Assembly (NCBI GenBank): GCA_003552565.1
Contig: PUNB01000122.1
Coordinates: forward strand, 1-35,156
Reading direction: 5' to 3'
DNA: 35,156 nt
Source: Lentisphaerota bacterium
Lineage (GTDB): Bacteria; Verrucomicrobiota; Lentisphaeria; Oligosphaerales; PUNB01
Shown here piece by piece: positions 26,782 to 35,156 of this stretch. The notes under the pieces are model-generated. The model saw nothing but the letters and a program-made list of their open reading frames with translations, was not told the origin of the DNA and did no database searches. A program made the translations under genes and the position numbers. Numbering within the stretch: the first letter of the stretch is position 1; each line of letters starts with the position of its first letter.

Positions 26782-26864
26782 AAGCTGCTACCCACCAAAT
26801 CTAAGAAAAAACTATTAGCAACCCACTCGTCTTGAGAAAGAGCCAAAAATCACGAGCGACTATT

Positions 26865-28184
26865 ATGAATTCGGCCAAAAAATTGATAGATTGGATAAAA
26901 AAGGATCAAGTGGGGAGTCGCCACCCCCCACTCGCCTTGGTTATGCTGGCGCGACTGGCGCTTCTGGCGCTTCTGCTGGTGGTTTTGCTGGGGTTCTCTG
27001 ACTACACTCTTGATTTCCTGGAAATTTCACTTTTCATGGGGTTGACCTTTGCCATTTCTTTATTATACACTTTGTGGATGAGACAGGACGGGGATTATTC
27101 CCGTCAGGCCATGTGCCAATTCGCGGTTGACGCTTTTATTATCACCGGCCTGGTTCATTTTACCGGCGGCGCGGCCAGTGCCCTCTCTCTGCTCTACCCG
27201 CTGTTGATTCTTTCCGCCGGCATTATTGTCTCCGGCCGGGTGGCGGTGAAAACGGCGCTTCTTTCCTCCTTCCTATATATAATTCTGATTGCCCTCGAAT
27301 ATAATGACTTTCTGCCCTATCGCGGAGAGGAACCATCGCCTTACGAAAACCTGGCGAGTCTAAGTCAGATGACCATGCTGCAAGTGTTGCTTTTCGTGTT
27401 TTTCGCGGCGGTCAGCAGTTATGTCAGCGATCGCTATCTTTATCAGTCTCTGCAATTGAGACGACTGCGCGAGATGACCAAAAGCACTCTCGAGAGTGTT
27501 TCCGTGCCGCTGCTGGCGATAAAAAATCCCGAGGGCCTGATAAAATTAGCCAATCCGGCGGCCTGTCGATTGTTAAAGCGGAGCGAATCGGAACTTGCCG
27601 ACAGTCAGTTTTCCGCGTTGTTCGCGGAGCGGGCGCCGACACCGCGGGAAATAATTTCAGAGCAGGATTGCGTATGGTGTCTGAAGAAAGCGGACGGCAC
27701 CTCTTTTCCCGTGAGCCTGGAAATATCAAAGGACAGCCTTTCAGGAGCTGTGCTCAGCGCCATACATCAGGATTCCGAAGACGCGGAAGTCAACCTGGTG
27801 GCTTTTCAAGACATGAGTCGGCTTATGCAAGAAGAAGAGGGAATTAGAACCACCGAAAAGACCAAAACCGCGGTCGGCATGATTACTGAAATGGCGCACG
27901 TGGTGCGCAACCCCTTGACCGCTATTCGGGGAGCCGGCGAACTGATCAACGCGGCGGTAGAAGAAGCTCTTTCCCGGCAGCACCAGATTACGGAAGAGGA
28001 ATTTCATACCCTTAAATCCATGTGTGAAATCATCTTTGACCAGACGCGCGAACTGAACAGTAAAGTCGAAGATTTCATGTCTTACGCCGACGGTGATCAA
28101 GAAAAACTACTCGATTTGGTGGCTCAAGCCAATCTATGGGGCGAAAGAGTAACCAAAAAACGTCAGACCGCACCAAAAAAATAA
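26865..28184 (+). CDS. PilS-like membrane sensor (multi-TM, PAS, HisKA) lacking the HATPase domain
   Basis: PilS-type membrane region (QFAVD...TGLVHFTGGAAS...LLY), PAS (ANPAA), H-box MAHVVRNPLTAI; ends 94 codons after the His; directly upstream of pilR. Confidence 0.8.
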   Translation: MNSAKKLIDWIKKDQVGSRHPPLALVMLARLALLALLLVVLLGFSDYTLDFLEISLFMGLTFAISLLYTLWMRQDGDYSRQAMCQFAVDAFIITGLVHFTGGAASALSLLYPLLILSAGIIVSGRVAVKTALLSSFLYIILIALEYNDFLPYRGEEPSPYENLASLSQMTMLQVLLFVFFAAVSSYVSDRYLYQSLQLRRLREMTKSTLESVSVPLLAIKNPEGLIKLANPAACRLLKRSESELADSQFSALFAERAPTPREIISEQDCVWCLKKADGTSFPVSLEISKDSLSGAVLSAIHQDSEDAEVNLVAFQDMSRLMQEEEGIRTTEKTKTAVGMITEMAHVVRNPLTAIRGAGELINAAVEEALSRQHQITEEEFHTLKSMCEIIFDQTRELNSKVEDFMSYADGDQEKLLDLVAQANLWGERVTKKRQTAPKK

Positions 28185-28229
28185 ATTTAACTGAAATAAA
28201 GCTTCCAGAACCTTTTTCGGAAGCATGTT

Positions 28230-29660
28230 ATGAGAGTGAAATCAAGCTTGACAAATTCTCAGAAAATTCTTATTGTTGATGATGAACCCGGGATCGTGAA
28301 AGTCCTTCAGGCCGGCCTGAAGAGGGACGGCTATTATCCGCTGGCGGCATCTTCAGGAAAAGAAGCAGTCGAAACGCTTTCCACTACCGCTGTCGACTTA
28401 ATTCTCCTGGACTTGCGTTTGGGCAAGGGCATCAACGGTTTCCAGACCATGCAGAAAATTCGCGAAACGGGCAGCCGGACCCCGATAATCATGATGACCG
28501 CTTACGGCAATATTGAAACCGCGGTCAGAGCGCTTAAAGCCGGAGCCTGTGATTTTATCTGTAAACCCTTTTCCCTGGATGATTTGAGGCATTTGATAAG
28601 GGAGGCTTTGCAGAAACGCTCCCTTGACTCAGCCGCCTTCTCGGAACCGTCTGATGACAGCGAGGAGAGCACTGGCGTGCAGTGTCATTTTGGCTATTTG
28701 ATTGGTGAAAGCCCCGAGATGCGGCGAGTTTACCGGCTGATTGAGCGCAGTGCTCCCACTGATGCCACTGTGCTTATACAAGGCGAAAGCGGCACCGGCA
28801 AAGAGTTGGTGGCGCGGGCGTTACACAAGCACAGCCGGCGCGCCGACCGGCCCTGGGTGCCGCTGAACTGCGCGGCGGTGCCGGTAAGTCTGCTGGAATC
28901 GGAAATGTTCGGACACACCTCCGGCGCTTTCACCGGGGCGCGGTTCGAAAGACAGGGGCTTTTTATAAGCGCCTCCGGCGGAACTTTGTTTCTAGATGAA
29001 ATCGGGGTCATGAACCTGGGACTGCAAGGGAAACTGCTGCGGGCGCTGCAAGAAGGAAAAGTGCGCCGCATAGGCGAAAATCAGGATACTGATGTCGATG
29101 TCAGAGTGATCGCGGCCACCAACGAAAAACTGGAAGATAAAATCCAGGACGGCTCTTTCAGGACAGACTTGTACTATCGCGTCAATGTCATTCCGATAGA
29201 ACTGCCGCCACTGCGTGAAAGGGGTGGAGACATTGTCATCTTGGCGGAGGAGTTCAAAAATCAGCAAAGCAGGAAGTTGGGGAAAGAGTTTCGGCTTGCC
29301 CCCTGCGCAATAAATGCTATAATTAACTATTCTTGGCCGGGCAACGTTCGGGAATTACAGAACGCTGTGGCTTGTGCCGCCACATTATGTGACCAGTATA
29401 CGATTGAAGTGAGCGACCTGCCGCCACACATAGCTGAGTGCGGGGAAGAAAATCCCATGACCGTCCAGGAAACAATTTCCGCGGAGGATCGCGCTCAGGC
29501 GGATGGAGAGCACCAAGCTCCTTTGGATCAATATCTTAAGCAAAAAGAGCGGGAGTATATTCGAAAAATTCTCCAGAAAACCGGCGGCAACCGATTACAA
29601 GCGGCTGAAATCCTCGGCATCAGCCGCACAACATTATACCGGAAATACGAAAACTGCTGA
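28230..29660 (+). CDS. pilR: Sigma-54-dependent response regulator (PilR/NtrC family)
   Basis: REC (LIVDDE, LLDL, MTAY, KPF), AAA+ ([28 protein letters not shown]), Fis HTH; symbol assigned from context. Confidence 0.85.
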   Translation: MRVKSSLTNSQKILIVDDEPGIVKVLQAGLKRDGYYPLAASSGKEAVETLSTTAVDLILLDLRLGKGINGFQTMQKIRETGSRTPIIMMTAYGNIETAVRALKAGACDFICKPFSLDDLRHLIREALQKRSLDSAAFSEPSDDSEESTGVQCHFGYLIGESPEMRRVYRLIERSAPTDATVLIQGESGTGKELVARALHKHSRRADRPWVPLNCAAVPVSLLESEMFGHTSGAFTGARFERQGLFISASGGTLFLDEIGVMNLGLQGKLLRALQEGKVRRIGENQDTDVDVRVIAATNEKLEDKIQDGSFRTDLYYRVNVIPIELPPLRERGGDIVILAEEFKNQQSRKLGKEFRLAPCAINAIINYSWPGNVRELQNAVACAATLCDQYTIEVSDLPPHIAECGEENPMTVQETISAEDRAQADGEHQAPLDQYLKQKEREYIRKILQKTGGNRLQAAEILGISRTTLYRKYENC

Positions 29661-29672
29661 TAAGAAAAAAAA

Positions 29673-30770
29673 ATGTTTAAACAACTGATAAGAAACTTTA
29701 GATGGCATCGAGACGTGGACAAAATGGGCCCCCGCAGATTTCTGATTGCGGAGTTGGGACGGGATAACTGTAAAATCGTCCTTTTAGAGCGGTCAGGTAA
29801 AAAAATTTCTTGGAATATAGCTGAAAATTTAAAGCTGGAAGGAAAAAATGACATCACCGGCGGTGAGCGAATGAGCGAAGCGCTGCGGCAGCTGAAACAC
29901 GATGCTCAGTATATTTCAGTTGTTTTTGGAGGCGGCGGTTTTCTTGTGCGCCTGCTTAATCTGCCCGGCACTCCGCCTGCCGAGGAGCGGAAACTGATTT
30001 CTCAAGTCAGGCAGACATTGGGAATAGATGATTCATTTGCTTTGCAGACCCATATCCAAAGTTCAATGGCTGCCGCCCAGGAAAAAGACTTGAAAACAGC
30101 CAGCGCCAAGACTAATCAACAAGGGTATTCGGTGGTTGTTGCCGCCGGTAAAAATGAATTGATTGAAGATATACAGGGGGTGGTGCGAGAAGCGGGATTG
30201 GTCCCTGTTTCCATGCTGCCTTCAGGAATCGCCGGCGCCAATCTGGCCGCTGATGAAATGCGGGATGGTGCCGAAAATTCCGCCGCCGGCTTCTTCCTCA
30301 TCGAATCTCATTCCTCTATCCTCTTACTCTTTCATCATACTGAATTGGTTCTGACTCGTCAGTTCAAAACCGGCTACCGCGCATTTGTGGATGCAGTCAT
30401 GTCCAATTTGGGACTTGATGAAGAAACCGCCACTGATATTCTTAACAGCGGTTCTTTTGATCTCTCTGATAATATTGCCTCCGTCGCCAATAACTGGCTT
30501 CACCAGATAGGCATCAGTCTGGATTTTCTCGAACGCCGTTTCGGTTACCGCGTGGACTGCCTTTATTTTCTTAGCACGGAGGGAGGACAGAAGGCGATTG
30601 AAACAATGCTTTGCAAGACAATTAATGACACCGTGGCTCCGTGGAATCAATTCAAGGCGCTGAAGGCGCTGGACATGGAAGGAGAAAAACAGAATATTCT
30701 CTCAACTTATGCTTTGCCCCTCGGTGAAGGAATGAGAATATATAAAAACACAGGTAATCATGACGTATAA
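29673..30770 (+). CDS. pilM: PilM-like pilus alignment protein (divergent)
   Basis: Position before pilNO; AELGRDNCK, VVVAA, EAGL.P, IGISLDF resemble the PilM actin-like fold. Confidence 0.7.
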   Translation: MFKQLIRNFRWHRDVDKMGPRRFLIAELGRDNCKIVLLERSGKKISWNIAENLKLEGKNDITGGERMSEALRQLKHDAQYISVVFGGGGFLVRLLNLPGTPPAEERKLISQVRQTLGIDDSFALQTHIQSSMAAAQEKDLKTASAKTNQQGYSVVVAAGKNELIEDIQGVVREAGLVPVSMLPSGIAGANLAADEMRDGAENSAAGFFLIESHSSILLLFHHTELVLTRQFKTGYRAFVDAVMSNLGLDEETATDILNSGSFDLSDNIASVANNWLHQIGISLDFLERRFGYRVDCLYFLSTEGGQKAIETMLCKTINDTVAPWNQFKALKALDMEGEKQNILSTYALPLGEGMRIYKNTGNHDV

Positions 30771-31434
30771 TATCAATTTCTGGAGCGTCCCTGACTGGAA
30801 CCGCGAGAGCAGCATCAACCCCAATTTTTTAATGGCGGTGATCGTTGCTTTGTTTATTCTGGTTTCGTTTTCCTGGTACACCGTGGTTGAAGGCAGAAAA
30901 AGGCATTTCGAAAGCGAAAAGCAAACCTTGACTCAGGAAGTCAGCGGCCTGGCGCCGCAAGCGGATAGATTGGCTGAACTTAAAGAGAAAACAGCCTTGT
31001 GGGAAGAGGCCTTATCCTTGCTTCGTCGAAAAGGGGAACAACGGATTTTCTGGAGCCGGCAGCTGGCCGGACTGCAGCAGCTTGTTCCTGATCATATTGT
31101 TCTGACCAGCCTGTCCATTCGTGATCAGACAAGACGGGTGGAAGTGCCCGCCGCCGAATCAATGACCAGAAGCCATACTGGCGAGACCCAGGAAATTGTT
31201 GAATTTCGCACTGTCTACACACTGCATCTGGAAGCCGTGGCGGAAGGTGAAAACGCGGAAAAAAAAATCACCGATTTCGCCCGAACAATTGGCAACAGCA
31301 GAATCATTGGAGAGCTGCTGACGTCCTATGACATCCAGAATATCAGTCAGTCCGAAGAAAGAGAGGAAGATGGGAAGACCATCACCCCCTTTTATCTGAC
31401 TTTTGAGTATCAGGAATTTCCGGAGTTTATGTAG
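30760..31434 (+). CDS. pilN: PilN-like protein
   Basis: N-terminal INF motif, single TM, coiled coil, WS..LAGL...VPDHIVLTSL. Confidence 0.75.
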   Translation: MTYNINFWSVPDWNRESSINPNFLMAVIVALFILVSFSWYTVVEGRKRHFESEKQTLTQEVSGLAPQADRLAELKEKTALWEEALSLLRRKGEQRIFWSRQLAGLQQLVPDHIVLTSLSIRDQTRRVEVPAAESMTRSHTGETQEIVEFRTVYTLHLEAVAEGENAEKKITDFARTIGNSRIIGELLTSYDIQNISQSEEREEDGKTITPFYLTFEYQEFPEFM

Positions 31435-31436
31435 TT

Positions 31437-32093
31437 ATGAAGGGAAAATTAGATAATTTCGACTTGCAGGCTATCATGGCCTCTGAACAGATTCGTAAAT
31501 GCGGCATGGGCCTGATTGCAGGTATCATGGTTTTGCTGGCAGTCTGGTTTCTGGCTGTCCGCCCTGCGCAAGTCAGTATACAAGAAATGCAGGATGAAAT
31601 TAAAGATCTGGAAAGACGCTCGAACAATAAGCAGACAGTTATTGACCAAGCCGACATAATTGAAAAAAAATATGAGCAAACGGGTGAAAAACTCAAAACG
31701 ATAATTGAGCAGGACATGGCTCCTGAAAGAGCCGCCTTGGGATGGGCCAGCAGGCGATTGCGAAGTGCGGCGGCCGCTACCGGATTGGAGGTGCGTGACT
31801 ATACCGGCAGCACTGTCTCGCCGCCCGGCAGAGGCGGAGATCAGATTCCGCCGCTGCTGGAAAACTTCTCCACCCGCTTTGAATTGCGCGGCGGTTATCA
31901 TCAGATCGGCCGTTTTTTTGCTGTTCTGGAGAAAGAACTGCCCTATGCTTTAATGAGGAATTTGAGTATCTCCCCGCAAAGAAGACGAGGACGGGATTCC
32001 CAGCTTCTGCAGGCTAATGTAACCTATAGATTTCCACGTTTTACTGAAGAGGGCTTTCCCCCGGAAAAAAGGCCATCTTCAGAAAATGAATAA
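31437..32093 (+). CDS. pilO: PilO-like protein
   Basis: Single TM, coiled coil, LRGGYHQIGRFF..LE motif. Confidence 0.8.
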   Translation: MKGKLDNFDLQAIMASEQIRKCGMGLIAGIMVLLAVWFLAVRPAQVSIQEMQDEIKDLERRSNNKQTVIDQADIIEKKYEQTGEKLKTIIEQDMAPERAALGWASRRLRSAAAATGLEVRDYTGSTVSPPGRGGDQIPPLLENFSTRFELRGGYHQIGRFFAVLEKELPYALMRNLSISPQRRRGRDSQLLQANVTYRFPRFTEEGFPPEKRPSSENE

Positions 32094-32160
32094 TTTGTGC
32101 TTTAATTTTATCCGTATACCTCAATGAGGGTAACCCGCTTTCACACTGGAGTTTTAAATC

Positions 32161-32625
32161 ATGCAGCCGTCAACCAGCTTGATGAAAACATTGCTAATCT
32201 CTTTCATTTTTGCAAATATTCTCATTTTTGCGATTTTTCCGGTGGTGCAGTTTTCAATGGCCGAGACGGATCACTCAATTCAGAACTTACGGCAGGGAGA
32301 TGAATTTCGCGGTCCGGGATATCATATTTCCGACCAGCAGAGAGACCCTTTTAGGTTAGCCACGGAAACCGAGGTTGAAGTGGATTCTGATGATTTTACG
32401 GAGGAAGACATTCGTAATATGCTTAATCTGACCATGGTTTTCAGTTCTGCCTCCGGAGGGCTGGCGAATGTCAATGGAAAACTTGTTCGTCCCGGTCAGG
32501 AAATAGAGGTAGAAACAAATGGCATGGAAATTGCTATACAGATTAAAGAAATCGATCCTGCTAATTCGGGAATCTTCGTAGTTTACGAGGAAATGGAAAT
32601 TTTTATTCGCGCCGATCGGCAATAA
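32161..32625 (+). CDS. PilP-like protein
   Basis: N-terminal hydrophobic segment, RDPF motif, ANVNGKLVRPGQ; between pilO and the secretin; no lipobox Cys. Confidence 0.6.
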   Translation: MQPSTSLMKTLLISFIFANILIFAIFPVVQFSMAETDHSIQNLRQGDEFRGPGYHISDQQRDPFRLATETEVEVDSDDFTEEDIRNMLNLTMVFSSASGGLANVNGKLVRPGQEIEVETNGMEIAIQIKEIDPANSGIFVVYEEMEIFIRADRQ

Positions 32626-32672
32626 ACAACCGTTGAAGAGACATTAAATAAAAGCAAAAAAAGGAAAGTATA

Positions 32673-35156
32673 ATGAAAATTGATGATCAGTATTGCTCTC
32701 TTGTCGCTCAAATCAAAAATTCACGTAAAACAGTTTATTTTCTCCAGGCGGTCGTTTGTGTGACATCACTTTTGTTGTTGCTGCATCTGGGTTTAAAGGG
32801 GCCCGTCGCGATCGGGGGTGAGCCCGGTCCGGAAGGCGATGATGAGCCGGCGACAGATGAACTTCTGGCGGAAGAGGGTTCCCCGGATGAAGAAGAGATG
32901 GAATTGCTGGCACCGGAAGAGCAGGCGCCTGAGGCTGAAGAAGGAATTGATATGGTGGAGGAAGAGGACGACCGTATCAGCGTCAGTGTCAGTGAAGGTC
33001 AGATACAGGAAGTCCTTCGGACCATGGCGGCATTGCGTCCGGGCACCACGATCATGATATCTCCCGAAGTTGAAGGTGAAGTCAGTTTTGAACTTCAGGA
33101 TGTGCCTTGGCGCACCGCTCTTGATCTGATCGCCGACAACCAGGGACTGGAAATAATTGAGCGCGCTGACAATGTCTACCTGGCGCAGCCGAAAACCGAA
33201 TATGAAGAGATTGAAAGAGTAACCGATCTGGAGCTGGAGCTGTACACGGCTGAAGACATCAAAGAAATGCCTGAGGATGAATTGCGGCGGCTGTACCAAT
33301 CCCTGCGTCCGATTCCGGAAACGCTGACCGTAGAGGAAATGCGCGAGGAACTGGCCCCCCAGGCGCACGAATTTGTTAAACACTTGCGAGTGGAGAACCG
33401 CCGGGCCATCGAAGTCATTAACCAGCTGGCCCGGCAAAGTGATGTGGATTTTATTTTCTCCACTCATTTCGATGATGACCCGGAAGCTGAAACTCCTGCC
33501 CCCTCCAAAGATGAAGGGCCGCCGATTTCTTTGAACCTCCGCAATCGTCATATTTCCAGTGTCATCAGGACAGTGGCCGAGCAGGGAGGACTGTCCACCA
33601 CCTATCAGGATGACACTTGGCTGGTGAAACCGATGCGTCCCGAACAGAGGGAACTGGAACCGCTGGTCAGCGAAACTTTTCAGGTTCAATATATAAATGT
33701 GGACGAAAAGCTGGTCGAAGACCTCGAAAAAATCAGTTCCGACCGAGGGCAGATTATCACCCGCGGCAAAGTTATCACCGTTTTCGACACCGCTGACCGC
33801 ATTGAGCAGATGGATCGGATAATCTCTGATCAGGATGTGGCCACCCCGCAAGTGCTGATTGAGGCTCGATTCTTTAATCTCACAGATACTACTTCCCATG
33901 AACTGGGTATTGACTGGCGTTCTTTGGGGGAAGGCATGAGCTTGCGAGTCGCTCCCGAAAGCCTTACTTATGACTACCGCCACGGCAGGTTGATCGGGCC
34001 AGTGGATGCTAATGATGGTTCTTTCGTTGATCCCCGATATCTGCGGGACGGCGAAAACAGACTCAGCCGGTTAATCCATCCAAATTATCTGCCCCAGTTG
34101 GGTGATCGCTCTCCTGATGACCTGCCGGGCGATTACACCGCCATAGACCCGCGCACCGCCACCTTGAATCTTCCCAGCCTGGAGGCGGTGCTGTACGCCT
34201 TGGATTCCATGGACAAAGCGGAGCAGCTCTCCAACCCGAAAATCCTCGTCAGCAGCGATGAGCAGGCGACGATCCATATCGGCCGCCAGGAACCCATCCT
34301 GCGCAGCACCGTCGCCACTGTCGACGGGGAAGTGATCAGAACCTTTGAACTCGATACTAACTTTGGTGGCGAAACAGTGCGGGTGGCCGATCTGCTTTCC
34401 GACCGCGTAGGCACCATCAGCCATGATGACGCCTATACCGGTTATACCGGTTATCTCGACTTGGGCACTAAGCTCACCGTGGCGCCCTCGGTCAAAACCG
34501 AGGACGAAGTTTACATCCGGGTAATTCCTGAACTGATCAACAAACCCGGTGAAATCACGGTTGGCGAAGACGCTTTCCGACAGTCATTCCCGGAGCTTTT
34601 CAGGGTGCGGGTGCAGACTCAGTTCAACCTGCGCAGCGGCCAGACAATCGCCATTGGCGGGCTGGTCAGTGAGGATATGACAACCGATCAGCGAAGAGTT
34701 CCCTTCCTGCATCGGCTGCCTCTGGCCGGCAGGCTGTTTCAATATGATTTTGATAGGGAAATCCGTACGGAAACGATTATCTTTTTGACCGTCCATATTA
34801 TTTCTCCCGATGAAATGGATACCACCGACGGCATGCCTGTTATGTCCCGGAGCATGCAGTCGCGGGTCAACCAGATCAGAGCCGCCGATGAGGCGGGCGG
34901 TTTATATGATGAAGAAGCGCGCCAGCGCGAACTGGAAGCCGCGGAGGAAGCGGAAAGAACTCGCCGCCACCCCTGGCCCTTCGGCAAAAGAGATAAAGGT
35001 GAACCGGAAGAAGAAGCCCCCGTTCCTTCACCGGAAGAAGAGCCTCAGCCGGAACCGGCGGATGAACCTGACGATGAACCGGCTGATGAACCAGAGCATG
35101 AAGAGGCGGTGAAACCTGACGACGAAGAACCGGAAGAGAAAGAAGCCGAATCCGAG
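32673..35156 (+). CDS. pilQ: Secretin (PilQ/GspD family), partial at 3' end; absent from the ORF track
   Basis: Frame from ATG 32673 (AAGGA RBS) read as open to the window end; LQDVPW..AL, PQVLIEARF, LGIDW, LSNPKIL, LGTKLTVAP, GQTIAIGGL, VPFLHRLPLAGRLF, IIFLT. Confidence 0.92.
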   Translation, partial: MKIDDQYCSLVAQIKNSRKTVYFLQAVVCVTSLLLLLHLGLKGPVAIGGEPGPEGDDEPATDELLAEEGSPDEEEMELLAPEEQAPEAEEGIDMVEEEDDRISVSVSEGQIQEVLRTMAALRPGTTIMISPEVEGEVSFELQDVPWRTALDLIADNQGLEIIERADNVYLAQPKTEYEEIERVTDLELELYTAEDIKEMPEDELRRLYQSLRPIPETLTVEEMREELAPQAHEFVKHLRVENRRAIEVINQLARQSDVDFIFSTHFDDDPEAETPAPSKDEGPPISLNLRNRHISSVIRTVAEQGGLSTTYQDDTWLVKPMRPEQRELEPLVSETFQVQYINVDEKLVEDLEKISSDRGQIITRGKVITVFDTADRIEQMDRIISDQDVATPQVLIEARFFNLTDTTSHELGIDWRSLGEGMSLRVAPESLTYDYRHGRLIGPVDANDGSFVDPRYLRDGENRLSRLIHPNYLPQLGDRSPDDLPGDYTAIDPRTATLNLPSLEAVLYALDSMDKAEQLSNPKILVSSDEQATIHIGRQEPILRSTVATVDGEVIRTFELDTNFGGETVRVADLLSDRVGTISHDDAYTGYTGYLDLGTKLTVAPSVKTEDEVYIRVIPELINKPGEITVGEDAFRQSFPELFRVRVQTQFNLRSGQTIAIGGLVSEDMTTDQRRVPFLHRLPLAGRLFQYDFDREIRTETIIFLTVHIISPDEMDTTDGMPVMSRSMQSRVNQIRAADEAGGLYDEEARQRELEAAEEAERTRRHPWPFGKRDKGEPEEEAPVPSPEEEPQPEPADEPDDEPADEPEHEEAVKPDDEEPEEKEAESE

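Noticed and set aside
28185-28229. Frameshifted remainder of the PilS ATPase domain
   Set aside because: Only 45 bp before pilR, and no N/G1/G2 boxes are apparent nearby
32793-33983. 396-aa minus-strand ORF
   Set aside because: Antisense shadow of the secretin gene with no recognisable motifs

Overview
Bacterial chromosomal window of moderate GC. A PVC-superphylum (Lentisphaerae/Kiritimatiellae-like) origin is my impression only. The left two-thirds holds housekeeping and metabolic genes: GH65 phosphorylase, AEC transporter, PmtA-like methyltransferase, a divergent PRPP synthetase, hisH, a NarL-type regulator, metK-PfkB kinase-ahcY, Kdo/WaaP kinase-mutM, an ERCC4/XPF nuclease, nagB and ROK-ppx-ppk1. 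The right third is a type IV pilus locus: a divergent TPR+MshEN-like gene, a consensus sigma-54 promoter, pilB, pilC, a PilS-like sensor with no ATPase domain, pilR, pilMNOP and a secretin running off the window end. The ORF track misses two real genes, a 58-aa acidic lipoprotein and the secretin. Many intergenic spaces are filled with non-coding repeat modules. These include a MITE-like family with shared terminal inverted repeats and interchangeable palindromic interiors (three stacked at one site between four CGAGCTAG copies), a 16-bp junction motif joining different modules, a REP doublet, heptamer repeats and a ~150-bp hairpin repeat. No rRNA, tRNA, CRISPR array or transposase was seen.
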